Assembly: GCA_963712115.1 (NCBI GenBank)
Contig: CAVQGX010000014.1
Coordinates: 22,878 to 86,877 of the forward strand
Length of the DNA stretch: 64,000 nucleotides
Reading direction: 5' to 3'
From: an uncultured delta proteobacterium
GTDB taxonomy: Bacteria; Desulfobacterota; Syntrophobacteria; BM002
Part shown: in pieces, positions 32,395-43,462 of the stretch
Layout of the letters: the number at the start of each line of letters is the position of its first letter
Position numbering within the stretch: the stretch's first letter is position 1
Made by a program: the position numbers and the translations under genes
The notes under the pieces: model-generated
Database searches by the model: none
Told to the model about the DNA's origin: nothing
Seen by the model: only the letters and a program-made list of their open reading frames with translations

Positions 32395-32529
32395 GAGTGC
32401 CCATCCGGAAACCGCGTCTATGGGTGTCATTCTGAGGAGCAAAGCAACGAAGAATCTCATAGTTACTGGATCCCCGCCGAGATTCTTCGCTTCGCTCAGA
32501 ATGACATGGAGGGGCTTCCGGATGGAAAC
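32395..32529. repeat. REP-like IR element
   Basis: CCATCCGGAA..TGTCATTCTGAG...CTCAGAATGACA..TTCCGGATGG nested IRs. Confidence 0.7.
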
Positions 32530-32581
32530 TAACTAATGAAAAGTATTTCTGATACGCAAAAATAGGACCACTTAGAATGCT

Positions 32582-34183
32582 TCATTGCGAATCAGCAATG
32601 GTAATCTCAAGCGTTGGACGTTGTGTCTCGTCACCCCAATCCTCGAAGTCCGCGGATTCCACGAATGACTTTCCCGTATGGTATTCAGTGTCTGCCGAAC
32701 TGAGAGCGAAGCTAATGTGGGTATCGGAACTGGCCATCGCCACAGCTCTTGTAACATCCCAAACAGCCTCCGGCAAGTTGTCCCATCCAGTTTCGGTTGC
32801 GCCAGTTCGATCTACCCAGGTTCCAGCGATATTCTCAAAGGGAAAGGGTGCGTTGTTCCAGTTAATGTTGGCCGCTGTCCAAGGTGTCTGGCCGTCGACT
32901 AGCGTGTTAGCAACTGGAAATACCTGAATGAGAGATCGCTCCCCCTCATCACCACCACTAGTAGGTAACTTGTGGTGGAGAATCAGACGGGCCGATACAA
33001 CAACCTTGTCCAGCGGTAGCTTCCATAAAGGAAATTTGACATAAATCTTCGCAAAGCAGGGCCAGTCAGCGTAATCTGCCTGATTTTGGATGTGGAAATA
33101 GTTGCGTTCGGTATTGCCCCCCCAGCTATCGGGACCATCACCAAAATTGTATAGGTCGTCTCCAGAACAGAGTACCTCCGAGGACCCTACCGTGGCATTT
33201 TCCACCTCGTCACCGTCTAAGCCGCGCCGAATGGTTATGATCTGCTCGGTGCCTTCAATATAAGGCCCTGAAGTATGTTGAATGGTGTACGATGGCTGTC
33301 CGTTTCCTTCCGTACTGCCACTCTCGTTCCAGGTTAAAAAATGGGCGTCCAAAAATTGCCATCTACCCCAGGTTAATGGGTCTGTGTCATCAAGAGAGGG
33401 CGAAGGCCAATATTGAGGATCTCCGCCAACGCTTCCATCCATGTTATCACGATCGTGAGAAACAAGCGCCACCCGCCATGTATTGTGGGAATCACCAATA
33501 GGCGGCCCGGTTAACCCAAGAGCATCAAAGCCAAGATAAAACGTAATTGACCAACCACGGCTTTCGTCCCTTCCCTCGCCGCGATAGCCGTTTTCAAGGT
33601 TGATAGCGACCGGTTCAAGTTTCACTGAACTGCCAAGCTGAATATCTGACGGAACCCATACTCCCCCATTACCCTGATAAATATAGGTTTGTTCCGTGCC
33701 GTGACGGTGAGCCTGAGCATCGATTCGAAAAGAACGCTCGTCAATAGTATACTTTTCCTCATCTCCATCGAGATCGATGTACAAACTTATGGAGTCCCAT
33801 TGAGAGAGTTGGTCCTCTTCCGACTCATCGTAGATTTTTTGGTCAAAGACCGCACAGCGGATCATCAGAAACTGATCGTTGTAGCCGACCCGGACATCGG
33901 TGTAGTTATTTTGTGAATCGACTCTTCCAAACCAGAAAATAGTGCTACGTTGCATATATCTCCAGATCTCATTGCTTCCATCATCCGGTACAATACGTGG
34001 AATAAACAAATGGTGATATTGACTGGGTTCGATTAAAATGGTTGGGTTTTCACTGCCCGAATCATTCGAGTCTCCGGTGCCCGAAGAATCAGTGCCACAG
34101 GCAGAAAATGCAACCATAATAAGAAACATGCCCACGAGTCTAGGCAAGCTAGCCAATATCGACAACAGAGCTTTCTGTTTCAT
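32582..34183 (-). CDS. Secreted lipoprotein with CBM9-like and DNRLRE-like carbohydrate-binding domains
   Basis: Lipobox FSAC; DVRVGYNDQFL..D..SLYIDLD; C-terminal YVKFPL..VVSARLIL..WDVT..RPTLEI. Confidence 0.6.
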   Translation of the reverse strand: MKQKALLSILASLPRLVGMFLIMVAFSACGTDSSGTGDSNDSGSENPTILIEPSQYHHLFIPRIVPDDGSNEIWRYMQRSTIFWFGRVDSQNNYTDVRVGYNDQFLMIRCAVFDQKIYDESEEDQLSQWDSISLYIDLDGDEEKYTIDERSFRIDAQAHRHGTEQTYIYQGNGGVWVPSDIQLGSSVKLEPVAINLENGYRGEGRDESRGWSITFYLGFDALGLTGPPIGDSHNTWRVALVSHDRDNMDGSVGGDPQYWPSPSLDDTDPLTWGRWQFLDAHFLTWNESGSTEGNGQPSYTIQHTSGPYIEGTEQIITIRRGLDGDEVENATVGSSEVLCSGDDLYNFGDGPDSWGGNTERNYFHIQNQADYADWPCFAKIYVKFPLWKLPLDKVVVSARLILHHKLPTSGGDEGERSLIQVFPVANTLVDGQTPWTAANINWNNAPFPFENIAGTWVDRTGATETGWDNLPEAVWDVTRAVAMASSDTHISFALSSADTEYHTGKSFVESADFEDWGDETQRPTLEITIADSQ

Positions 34184-34522
34184 CACGGGTTCCTTTACAA
34201 AGATTTCCGTCAAGATACGAACTAAAAACGCAGATTTTTTCCATCCTAAATGATCATTCAATCTATTTGGCTTTGGAGCAAAAACTGTGCCTTCATCATT
34301 AGTATCTAAAGTGCGCACCGGTCTTCTGGAAGTTTACATATCACACATGGAAGTCGTTCCCCTCCTTTGACCTACCCTTCCATGACATGTTTTGGTCTTG
34401 GGGGGGATGTTCAGATATAGAGATCTAAACTTTTACATCAGTCGTGTTGAGTTTAGACTATTCATCAAGATCCTTGTGATTACAAGAATGAAATTCCTTA
34501 TAACGACAAACTAAACAATAAA

Positions 34523-35140
34523 ATGACTAATCCCTGTTTTCCCAAAGTGATTCTTTTTGACTTGAATGGTGTCCTGGTGGATTGGGACGGAATAAGTCCG
34601 TTGATTGTTCTTGCTAAGGGAACTTTAAGTGAGGAGCAAGCTAGGCGTTTTTACCTAGAATCTCCATGGGTAAAGAAGTTTGATATGGGCCTCTGTTCCA
34701 AGAATGATTTTGCATCTGGAGTTGTCGATGAGTTGAAATTAGAGACTTCGCCGGAGGAATTCTTGGAGCAATTCCTAACATGGCACGGCAGTATATTTCC
34801 CGGGATATCCAAGCTTTTGGACAGACTAAAAAATAGGTTTATCTTGGCTTGTCTTAGCAATAATAATAAACTACATTGGAAGTCATTGACTGAAAAAACG
34901 GATCTAGCCGAAAAGTTCGATCATATTTTTCTCTCTTTTGAAATGGGGCTCATGAAACCTGCAAAGGAGGCATTTGAACACGTCAGTCACATTACCGGCT
35001 ATCTCGCCGAAGATATTCTGTTTCTTGATGATAATCAAGAACATGTTACTACAGCAAGAGATCTCGGATTTCAGGCCTATCGGATTTCAGGAGTGGATGG
35101 TGTTTTTTCTGTTTTACGAAGTCTAAAGATTAAAGTATAA
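34523..35140 (+). CDS. HAD-family phosphatase (YihX-like)
   Basis: FDLNGVL, LSN, MKP, FLDD. Confidence 0.88.
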   Translation: MTNPCFPKVILFDLNGVLVDWDGISPLIVLAKGTLSEEQARRFYLESPWVKKFDMGLCSKNDFASGVVDELKLETSPEEFLEQFLTWHGSIFPGISKLLDRLKNRFILACLSNNNKLHWKSLTEKTDLAEKFDHIFLSFEMGLMKPAKEAFEHVSHITGYLAEDILFLDDNQEHVTTARDLGFQAYRISGVDGVFSVLRSLKIKV

Positions 35141-35842
35141 AATGCACTGCATAGTGCCACGCTTAAGAGAATTTATACCTATATTCTATTCCTCAAGAAT
35201 CAATTCGGAGTCACTGGCCCCGCTTTTCCTCCCTACCCATAGAACCTAAAGTCAGGACCAGTTTACAGGAAGTGTGCATTACATATTAAAGAAGACAGGA
35301 GTCAGGAGAGAGTAAGGAATTTTGGAATGATGGAATGGTGTAATGTTGGGCGAAGAGCCCAGAGGTCGGAGACACCCGCCTTCGCTAAAGCTACGGCGCG
35401 GCATGGGGCATGGAGCATAGGGCGTAGGGTTAGAGGTCAGAGGATGGAGGTCGGTTTCACTAGGCACTAAGCAGTAGGCACTAGGCACAGCAAGGCGAAT
35501 CGGGGACGGGGAGAGATGGAGACGCGGAGAGGAAAAGCCAGAGGTCAGAAGTCGGAGTTCAGAGGTCAGACGTCGGAGGTCGGAGGTCAGACTTCAGCTG
35601 GCAGCAGACAGCGGGCAGCAGGATGACGCGGTGAAGGGGAGAGACGGAGACGCGGGGGAGAAAGGCAGAGGCCAGATGAGGATTTCGGATTGCGAAACTG
35701 GGAACCCGCCCGAAGGGTGGGAGTCCGAAGGACAATTTAAAAGCAAGGAGACAGGAGTCAGCCCTTCGACAGGACCTGTCGCCGAGCTCAGGTCGAGTCG
35801 CTCAGGCGAGTCGAGGCCCGCCCTACCAGTTGATAATACCGG

Positions 35843-36112
35843 TTAGCTTGTTTTATCTATTAGCCCCTTTTCTCGCTGTACTCTTTCGTGTAGCCATACT
35901 TTGATCAAAGCTCCTCGATCTACCCCGATTGTAGCTCTGATGCGATCGATATCATTGACTAGTTCTTCAGCAATATCAACTGTAATACGGACCTTCTTGC
36001 CATGTCTGATGACCCTGGACTTGGACGTGTCAATAAGGTCATGAATATCCTCACCGTCATCGAAACGTTGATCAAACTCCTCAGTGCTTTTAGCCGATCT
36101 CTTTCTGGCCAT
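35843..36112 (-). CDS. CopG/BrnA-like antitoxin (second copy)
   Basis: 2 aa differences from the 11267 copy. Confidence 0.75.
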   Translation of the reverse strand: MARKRSAKSTEEFDQRFDDGEDIHDLIDTSKSRVIRHGKKVRITVDIAEELVNDIDRIRATIGVDRGALIKVWLHERVQREKGLIDKTS

Positions 36113-36362
36113 ATAGCGTCGCCTCCTTCTTCCTGGCGCGTCTCACCGAAATGATTCGGATTGCCTTGCCACGCCAAGTAAATACCGCTGTCCAGAGCTT
36201 ATTTTGGACCTTTCCTATGACGATGCCTCTGTTCTCAAGTGGATACGGCGGGTGGATTTCCACTCGACTATCATCTTTCCACAATTGTTTGGCGGTATCA
36301 AAATCGATACCATGCTTTGTCTTGTTTGTGCGACTCTTGTCTTCATCCCACTCGAATTCCAT
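36090..36362 (-). CDS. brnT: BrnT family toxin (second copy)
   Basis: 5 aa differences from the 11514 copy. Confidence 0.9.
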   Translation of the reverse strand: MEFEWDEDKSRTNKTKHGIDFDTAKQLWKDDSRVEIHPPYPLENRGIVIGKVQNKLWTAVFTWRGKAIRIISVRRARKKEATLYGQKEIG

Positions 36363-37016
36363 GCTGTCATTTTACTTTTTTTGTACAAAAAAGCAACATA
36401 TTTTGTATATATATCCCAATAGCAACGCTATCGTCGGTCCGAGTTACAGTGTTGAGATTAAGGGAACAGGGATCGGCGGGGAGAGGGAGGTAGGAGGGTA
36501 GATAATTGCGGATTTGGAATTCAGATTGCGAAGTTATCGCTTTGCTATTGTCCGTAGTTCCACCTTAGGCTGATCAGTTGCCCGTTGCAAATGAATGGAG
36601 CATGGGGAAAGACAGCGGGAGGCAGGCAGCGGACAGCCCCATTATGTTGGAGGGTGGAGCCAGTCTTAAGAGACGCGGAGATGGGGAGAAACGGAGACGC
36701 GGCGTTGGGAGTCATTAGGCTTCGCCGTCATTAGGTCACTACGCTACGCTGTCATTTATTGTAAGAGGTAGAGGGTCAGAAGATTGCGAATTGAAGGAAG
36801 GTGTCAGGTGTCGGGTGTCAGGAGGCAGAAGGCAGAGAGTTGGAGGTTGGAGGAGCGGCCTTCGACAAGCTGAGGCCTTGAGGTTGGAGGCAAAGCCGAA
36901 GGCTGGAATGATGGAATGTTGGGCAATGAGCATGGGATAAGTAGTCAGGAGCCAGGAGACAGAGGTTGGTCGTTTAAACCGTTGAAGTCGTTGAAATCGT
37001 TAAGGTCGTAGACTGG

Positions 37017-37232
37017 CTAAATGGCATCTCTGGAAAGCTTGTAGTTAACAGGCAACAGTCGGTCTAGATTGACATGCTTGGAGGCGTCAAGTATTTCGAT
37101 GCCTATGATTTTATCTCCGTCACCGATGTCTAACACCACATCCTCAGACAGGCGCCTGTTAATAACTTCCTGCTTTCTGTCATCCAATCGGATATAAAGA
37201 AGGTCGGTTTTATCATTATATGAAACGTGCAT
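37017..37232 (-). CDS. DUF2283 family protein (second copy)
   Basis: Protein identical to the 12357 copy. Confidence 0.85.
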   Translation of the reverse strand: MHVSYNDKTDLLYIRLDDRKQEVINRRLSEDVVLDIGDGDKIIGIEILDASKHVNLDRLLPVNYKLSRDAI

Positions 37233-37233
37233 T

Positions 37234-37497
37234 TTATGCCTCCCACTTTCCGTAAAACACATAACCCGTAACAGTTACTATCAAATCTTCTTCCTTTACA
37301 TAAAAGACCTCTACCATTTTCTGTTCATAATTTCTACCATGGCGTTCTTTTCTGAATTTATACACTTTAGCTTTCCCAATTCTGCCGCGCTTTGCGGGTA
37401 TCTCAAAGCCCGTCTCAATTACATCAGTAATTTCCTCCTCACTCGTTCCACGCTCTTCTGCTCTTTCTAGAGTATGCTGGTCAATTTGGATTCGCAT
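37234..37497 (-). CDS. DUF4258-like protein (second copy)
   Basis: 2 aa differences from the 12574 copy. Confidence 0.7.
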   Translation of the reverse strand: MRIQIDQHTLERAEERGTSEEEITDVIETGFEIPAKRGRIGKAKVYKFRKERHGRNYEQKMVEVFYVKEEDLIVTVTGYVFYGKWEA

Positions 37498-37734
37498 CTA
37501 ACCTCCTCAGCACAACTTTACTATCAGATAAACCCAATAATAGCAATGATAGCAGAGGACAGACGAGGATTTCGAATTTCGGATTGCGCCCGCCCGCCTC
37601 GCCTGAGCGAGCAGGCTCGCGATGGCGGGCAGGGATTGCGAATTTTAAAGGCAGGAGTCAGTAGTCAGCCCTTCGATCCATTCGACAGGCTCAGGGCAAG
37701 CAGGCTCGGGACAGGAATTCATGAAATATACGGG

Positions 37735-38166
37735 CTAGGTATCGACACTTTTTAGAGTGGGCAGAAAGCTTTCCACCTTCAAACTGATATGGGCGGCCAT
37801 GAGGTCGAAGTGGGCATCGGCATGAACAACTGTGGATCCTTTTTTCAAAGCGCATGCAGCAATCAAAATGTCAGTATAGGGCAATGTTATCCCATTTCGT
37901 CGTAACTTGAATGCCAGATCATATGACTTTTCCCAAAGAGGAGCATCCAGTTCAACACTGTCCAGGGCATCGAGCCTGCGCTTAAGGCGTTGGAATTCAG
38001 TTTCAGTTTTTGTTCCCCCCAGAATTTCCAGTTTGACCATGCCAGTTGTAATGATGGCGTTCTCTTTGAGCAAATAGTCTATTCGCTCTTTGACTGACGG
38101 GACAAAATCCTTTCTCAAAGCAAGAATCCAGGCAGAGGTATCCACCAGAAAAGAGTTATTCGACAT
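37735..38166 (-). CDS. vapC: VapC PIN-domain toxin
   Basis: LVDTSAWI, E, DILIAACA, HADAHF. Confidence 0.9.
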   Translation of the reverse strand: MSNNSFLVDTSAWILALRKDFVPSVKERIDYLLKENAIITTGMVKLEILGGTKTETEFQRLKRRLDALDSVELDAPLWEKSYDLAFKLRRNGITLPYTDILIAACALKKGSTVVHADAHFDLMAAHISLKVESFLPTLKSVDT

Positions 38167-38362
38167 TTCTCAGCCGCTCCAATTCGTCCAGGGTAAGCTC
38201 GATATCAAAGGTACCGAGCTCTCTCCGAAGAGCCTCCCTGTTGTATTCTCTGACCAGAGCTCTGAGCCCAGCCTCAATGGCCTCTTTCTTAGATCTGGCC
38301 CCTATGGCTTCTATGGCGTCTTTCAACAATTTCTCGTCGATTACGACAGTGGTCTTACTCAT
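38156..38362 (-). CDS. vapB: VapB antitoxin
   Basis: KTTVVIDEKLL..A....SKKEAIEAGL; overlaps vapC. Confidence 0.85.
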   Translation of the reverse strand: MSKTTVVIDEKLLKDAIEAIGARSKKEAIEAGLRALVREYNREALRRELGTFDIELTLDELERLRNVE

Positions 38363-38712
38363 AGCCATCTCCATAATACATATTATCTGCACATCAATAA
38401 TATACATACTGAACTGAAGTGTCAAGCGAGGGCAGAGGTCGGTGGGCAGAGGACAGTTTCACTAGGCACTAGGCACTCCCGCTGACGCGGTTGGAGGCAA
38501 GAATGCAGAGGTCGGAGATCAGAGGACAGACTTCAGCTGGCAGCCCTTCGACGGGCTCAGGGCCTAGCGGCGGACAGCTTCCCGCAAGACAAAGCTCATA
38601 GCCCAAAGCGGGAGAGAGTTGATTAGAAAATTAGTTGATTGGTCAAAACGTTAGGAGGACGATGGCGGGCAGGCGATTTGAACGACTGGAATGTCGGTCA
38701 GATTGTTTCTCG

Positions 38713-39132
38713 CTACGTGAGCCATTCGACGGTTATTAGACCCTCTTTTTCAAGTGACTTGAACTCAGGGTCTCCAGTCAGCAGAGGACATTTGTTGATC
38801 ATAGCCATAGCCGCAGCAAAGCAGTCGGCATAAGAAATAGGATGATTTGCCTTCACGGTGGCAGCCTGCAAAAGTAGTTTTTCATCAATGTATTCAACAA
38901 TTTTCAGGGGAAGAGCTTTAATTCTAGAATAAGCAAGATCTGCCAAGGTCTGACCTTGTTCCCTTAGCGTGATATAAAAGACTTCGCCCAAATGAATTGC
39001 ATGGAAGTATAGCCGAGGGTCTCCCTTTTTTGCATTGGTAAGGAGCTCTTGAATCCGGCCAGAGAAAGACTCATTCTCGAGGTATCCTATCACAGCATAA
39101 CTATCCAGCACGAAGCTATTTGGCCTTTGCAC
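38713..39132 (-). CDS. vapC: VapC PIN-domain toxin
   Basis: VLDSYAVI, ISYADCFAAA, LLTGDPEF. Confidence 0.9.
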   Translation of the reverse strand: MQRPNSFVLDSYAVIGYLENESFSGRIQELLTNAKKGDPRLYFHAIHLGEVFYITLREQGQTLADLAYSRIKALPLKIVEYIDEKLLLQAATVKANHPISYADCFAAAMAMINKCPLLTGDPEFKSLEKEGLITVEWLT

Positions 39133-39376
39133 CTTTTTTCTTCTCCCTCAGCTTTTCCAGTTCTTTTTCCTTCATATAGGCTTTCAATATCCCAGAACCC
39201 TCCAACATCCCTCGAGCAGCTTTAATAGGATCCTCAGATTCAGGCACGATCAAGATTCCTTCCTCACTTTCGATCCACCGTATGGCGGTTGCTGGATGTA
39301 TCCCATACTTTTCCCGCAACCATTTGGGGATTACAACCTGCCCTTTTGACGTAACCTTTGACACGACGGTTTTCAT
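39116..39376 (-). CDS. AbrB/MazE/SpoVT antitoxin
   Basis: KVTSKGQVVIPKWLREKYGI. Confidence 0.88.
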   Translation of the reverse strand: MKTVVSKVTSKGQVVIPKWLREKYGIHPATAIRWIESEEGILIVPESEDPIKAARGMLEGSGILKAYMKEKELEKLREKKKGAKAK

Positions 39377-39772
39377 ATAAACTCCCTTAAGAGGCTGTAC
39401 GATAAACTTATACTCCCCCTCCCCCCTTTATCCCCTCCCGCCAGGGGAGGGGAAAGGTGTCCTCAGAGTAAAGCACTCTTTCGCTAATAGCTAATATCAA
39501 CGTAGTCTAAAAGTAAGAATTAATCAAGTCTTAATTCTTACTTTTTTTAGTCTGTGATTGATGACTGAGACGGTTGAAGTCTGAATCAACCGCAGATTCA
39601 CTCCAGTGGAATAGGATAATTCATTCAACAGGGCAGACGCTGACATATTGTTTTTTTTGGCACGGGTCCCGCCCTGCGGGACACACGGATTTCACGGATA
39701 ACAAGAATTTCTTAACCGCAGACGGCCGCAGACCACCGCAGACTTTAAACACTTCATTGTGGACACTTTAAC

Positions 39773-39901
39773 GATCGCTCAAAAGCATAACGGGGACGTC
39801 CCGCAGTCACTAATAAGCAAGCTTATTATCGCCTGCGAGGACTCCCTTTCTCACCGATCTACTCGATCGGCTTCCCGCTGTGCGGGAGCTTTTAAGCGAT
39901 C
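39773..39901. repeat. Branched-hairpin element copy 3 (orientation A)
   Basis: GATCGCTCAAAAGC...GCTTTTAAGCGATC; apex TAATAAGCAAGCTTATTA; CCGATC/GATCGG; TCCCGC/GCGGGA. Confidence 0.85.
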
Positions 39902-40419
39902 AGTGCACTCTTATGTTCCTCCGGTTCCGACCCATTGAGATTATTGACAAGCGCAGACGAGTTTAGCAGGCAGATGACAGCGGACAGCCCCAATATGTTG
40001 GAGGTTGGAGGTGTGAGGTTGGAGGCAAGAACCCAGAGGTCAGAGGACGGAGGACAGAGGGCAGATGGCAGATTGATTTTCGTCAATTAGTCAATTCGTT
40101 GATTAGTTAATTCGTCAAATCGCCGATTGATCATTTGTTGTATTTGATTGTCTGCGGTCGACAAAAAAGGCGGGCACAGTTCAGCCGGGAGATTGTAGCT
40201 GGCAGGTTTTAACTAGGCACTTGGAACTAAGCACTTGGAACTAAGCACTAGGCACAATCTTTGGCGAGACTGGCGAGACGAGACGAGCGAGACGGGGAAA
40301 AAGATAAGGCGGGCACGAAGGCCCGCCCCATTCACAGGTAAGGGGTTAGAGGTTATAGGCAAAACCAAACTTGCTCTTGCTTGCTTCTTTTCTTGCCTCA
40401 GACCTCCAACCGTGAAATT

Positions 40420-42696
40420 TTAAACCTGATATTTTTTCCTTCTATAAATCAGCGCGTAGATACTCAGTACACTGATTATCAGCATAAAACCGAGCAGAAT
40501 CAACGTCGCGAGAGAACTCCTAACCAGGATGTAGCTCACTCCCGCAAGTGGCGTGAGCAGGACACGGACGATGGGTTGTAACCAGTCGTGCTCTTCAATG
40601 TAACTCGCTGTGTGCAGCTTCACATGGGGTTCTATGTACGTACCAGAAGCCGCGGTGGCTATAAAGCAACCACCTCCTGCACCTGAATCAGCTGCGACAG
40701 ACTCCACAACTCCACTTGGATCAACAATAACTCCATTCGCTACGCCATCGCTATCACCTTGACCACCGTCCTTAAGTTCAACTGTGACGGACTTCCCATC
40801 CGGATTAAAGGTTACGTACTGAGTGTAGTCCCGCCAACCATTGACGGTATCATAGAGGTAGAAGCTATTGGCCCCTGAAATATCTTCCGAATAGTAGACT
40901 GTGACATTTACGGTGTCACCGACCTGGTTCAAACGGAGCCGGTAGGCAGCCAGTCCGAACAAGAAGTTTTTCGGCTTATTCTTCTTGTCCAAGATCTCGG
41001 AAGGATGAATTGGCTCTAGCAGCTCAATGCTTTTAATTGAAGCGGAAGCCTTGTTGACACCGAGAGGCTTTTTGCCGGCAACGGCTGAGTGTGCAGATTT
41101 AATGACGTCTGGTTGGTCGTTATCCGCCGTGCCATCCTCATTGAGGTCAACAGTATCGTCCACCTCATTATCGTCGGGAATACCGTCGCTGTCAAAATCG
41201 ACAACACCGTTATGGGTGGTGAATTCCACCGGGTCAGACCAAGGTGATGGTTCAGAGTAAGCATCGACAAACTGGACGCTCACATTGTAGGTCGTGTTTC
41301 GATCTAAGACAGCGTGCGGAACAGGGATTTCAGTCAGGTGTTGGTTACTTACTATCTCCAAAACAACCGAAGCATCCGCAGCCTTGACAATCTGCCACTG
41401 GGTCTCTTTGTGAGTATCTCCGTTAGGATCAGAGAATGGTTCTGTCTGTACTGTGAGGAGTAAATCGGTCTCCACTTCACCATCGTAGGGGGAGGCGATA
41501 ACCGGCTGGTTAGGAGGCAGATTGGAGGCTGGGGGCTCAGCAACCTGGATTAGGGTTGTGACATTATCTGTTGCACCGTCATCATCTGTAACCGTTAGGG
41601 TAACGGTATAATTACCGGAGTTGTTATACGTGTGACTGGCGGTCACACCCGAGCCAGTTGAACTGTCACCGAAGTTCCAGGAATAGGAGACAACGCTTCC
41701 GTCAGGGTCATTTGAGCTTGATCCATTAAAAGTCACTGTCAGCGGTGCATTTCCGGATGTGGGACTTGCCGTAAAGCTTGCCGTCGGCGCTTGGTTGGGG
41801 ATGGGTGTTGTCGCGACCTGGATTAGGGTTGTGACATTATCTGTTGCACCGTCATCATCTGTAACCGTTAGGGTAACGGTATAATTACCGGAGTTGTTAT
41901 ACGTGTGACTGGCGGTCACACCCGAGCCAGTTGAACTGTCACCGAAGTTCCAGGAATAGGAGACAACGCTTCCGTCAGGGTCATTTGAGCTTGATCCATT
42001 AAAAGTCACTGTCAGCGGTGCATTTCCGGATGTGGGACTTGCCGTAAAGCTTGCCGTCGGCGCTTGGTTGGGGATGGGTGTTGTCGCGACCTGGATTAGG
42101 GTTGTGACATTATCTGTTGCACCGTCATCATCTGTAACCGTTAGGGTAACGGTATAATTACCGGAGTTGTTATACGTGTGACTGGCGGTCACACCCGAGC
42201 CAGTTGAACTGTCACCGAAGTTCCAGGAATAGGAGACAACGCTTCCGTCAGGGTCATTTGAGCTTGATCCATTAAAAGTCACTGTCAGCGGTGCATTTCC
42301 GGATGTGGGACTTGCCGTAAAGCTTGCCGTCGGCGCTTCGTTTGTACCAGCAGGATAGAGGTGTTCTTCATTGGAATTCCCACTTTCGCCATAATCATTA
42401 AACGCTCGAACAACGAAATGATAGGTAGTACTTTCATCCAGTCCGGGGATAATGCATGTAGTGGTAGTGCCCTGCCAATCAGGTAAGGTGTAATCGTAAT
42501 TTTGCCCGTCTTCACGGTAGAACAGCCTGTAACCCTCAGCTCCGCTGCTGGGATCCCAAGCCAGGGTGACGTCAACCGCGGCAAAGGTCAGGGAGGCGCA
42601 AAAGAGTATATAAAGAAAGACAGAAAAAGCTAAAAGAAAAATTATATATTTTATATTGTAACTTTTTCTATACGTATAACCAAAATTAGCCCCCAT
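40420..42696 (-). CDS. Surface protein: FN3 + 3 PKD + Ig-like + choice-of-anchor U + CFI-box-CTERM
   Basis: VTLAWDPS/YHFVVRAFN FN3; PKD YSWNFGD x3; LKDGGQGDSDGVANGVIVDP; GGGCFIATAA; start placed after RBS AGAGG and the sigma54 site. Confidence 0.85.
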   Translation of the reverse strand: MGANFGYTYRKSYNIKYIIFLLAFSVFLYILFCASLTFAAVDVTLAWDPSSGAEGYRLFYREDGQNYDYTLPDWQGTTTTCIIPGLDESTTYHFVVRAFNDYGESGNSNEEHLYPAGTNEAPTASFTASPTSGNAPLTVTFNGSSSNDPDGSVVSYSWNFGDSSTGSGVTASHTYNNSGNYTVTLTVTDDDGATDNVTTLIQVATTPIPNQAPTASFTASPTSGNAPLTVTFNGSSSNDPDGSVVSYSWNFGDSSTGSGVTASHTYNNSGNYTVTLTVTDDDGATDNVTTLIQVATTPIPNQAPTASFTASPTSGNAPLTVTFNGSSSNDPDGSVVSYSWNFGDSSTGSGVTASHTYNNSGNYTVTLTVTDDDGATDNVTTLIQVAEPPASNLPPNQPVIASPYDGEVETDLLLTVQTEPFSDPNGDTHKETQWQIVKAADASVVLEIVSNQHLTEIPVPHAVLDRNTTYNVSVQFVDAYSEPSPWSDPVEFTTHNGVVDFDSDGIPDDNEVDDTVDLNEDGTADNDQPDVIKSAHSAVAGKKPLGVNKASASIKSIELLEPIHPSEILDKKNKPKNFLFGLAAYRLRLNQVGDTVNVTVYYSEDISGANSFYLYDTVNGWRDYTQYVTFNPDGKSVTVELKDGGQGDSDGVANGVIVDPSGVVESVAADSGAGGGCFIATAASGTYIEPHVKLHTASYIEEHDWLQPIVRVLLTPLAGVSYILVRSSLATLILLGFMLIISVLSIYALIYRRKKYQV
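41543..42338 (-). repeat. 273-bp tandem repeat x about 2.9 (PKD domains)
   Basis: CCTGGATTAGGG recurs at 41544, 41817 and 42090; copies look identical by eye. Confidence 0.95.
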
Positions 42697-42767
42697 TTGA
42701 TCACCTCTATGCCATTGAATTATCAAGATTTTTATTGTTTGACTAATATTTTGTGCCTTATATAAGA

Positions 42768-42782
42768 GCAATGGGGGTGCCA
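42768..42782 (-). promoter_or_regulatory. sigma54 promoter
   Basis: Minus strand TGGCACCCCCATTGC, a consensus match. Confidence 0.8.
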
Positions 42783-43240
42783 AAGACGGAAGGGATAGGG
42801 CATGAAGCATGGGGCATGGAGCGTATTTTCTTGTGATTACGGGAGTATATAGAGCAGATTGTGGTAGGATTTGTTATACTTTGGGGGTGGTTTTGGGGGG
42901 AGTTTTTGCAGAAAAGTATGTCTAAGTATACAATTATGGCTCTATGCCATGTAATGTCGGGTACGGTGTATACAAAACGGTGAGTATCAAGCGAGATGGC
43001 GCACGGCTCAAGGCGCAGGGCGTAGGGCGAAGCCCAGCTGGCAGCAGACAGCGGACAGCTTGCAGCAAGACAAAGCTCATAGCTCTAAGCTGAAAGCTCA
43101 AAGAGAGAAGTCTTAGAAATCGTGGAAGGCGTGCTATTGAGCCGGAATAGGCTTTTGGGAGGTATTACTTCAGGACAAGAAATGGTATATTAACGGCAGT
43201 ACGGAATGAGGGGATAATAATAGCAACAAAAGCAGAGGAC

Positions 43241-43462
43241 ATGGATATGAAATTTCATGTTGTGCTAACACCGGCAGATGAGGGAGGGTACAATGTCTCC
43301 GTGCCTGCTCTAGAGGGATGTTTTACCCAGGGTGAAACTGAAAAAGAGGCGTTAGAGAATGCCAAAGAGGCGATTCTCTGCTATCTCGAGGGTCTAGAAA
43401 AAGTTAATGAGATTAAGGCTCACCCCGGCGCCAATTTGAGAGAAGTAGAAGTCACTTTATGA
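43241..43462 (+). CDS. hicB: HicB family antitoxin
   Basis: [31 protein letters not shown]. Confidence 0.9.
   Translation: MDMKFHVVLTPADEGGYNVSVPALEGCFTQGETEKEALENAKEAILCYLEGLEKVNEIKAHPGANLREVEVTL

Noticed and set aside
32040-34440. Weakly similar stretches (CTTCTGGAAGT...TTTGACCTA.CC) on both sides of the carbohydrate-binding lipoprotein gene
   Set aside because: Similarity is too patchy to define ends by eye; may be paralogous upstream regions rather than a mobile unit
41543-42338. Long regular repeat as a possible CRISPR array
   Set aside because: 273-bp in-frame coding repeats with no spacers; no cas genes in the window
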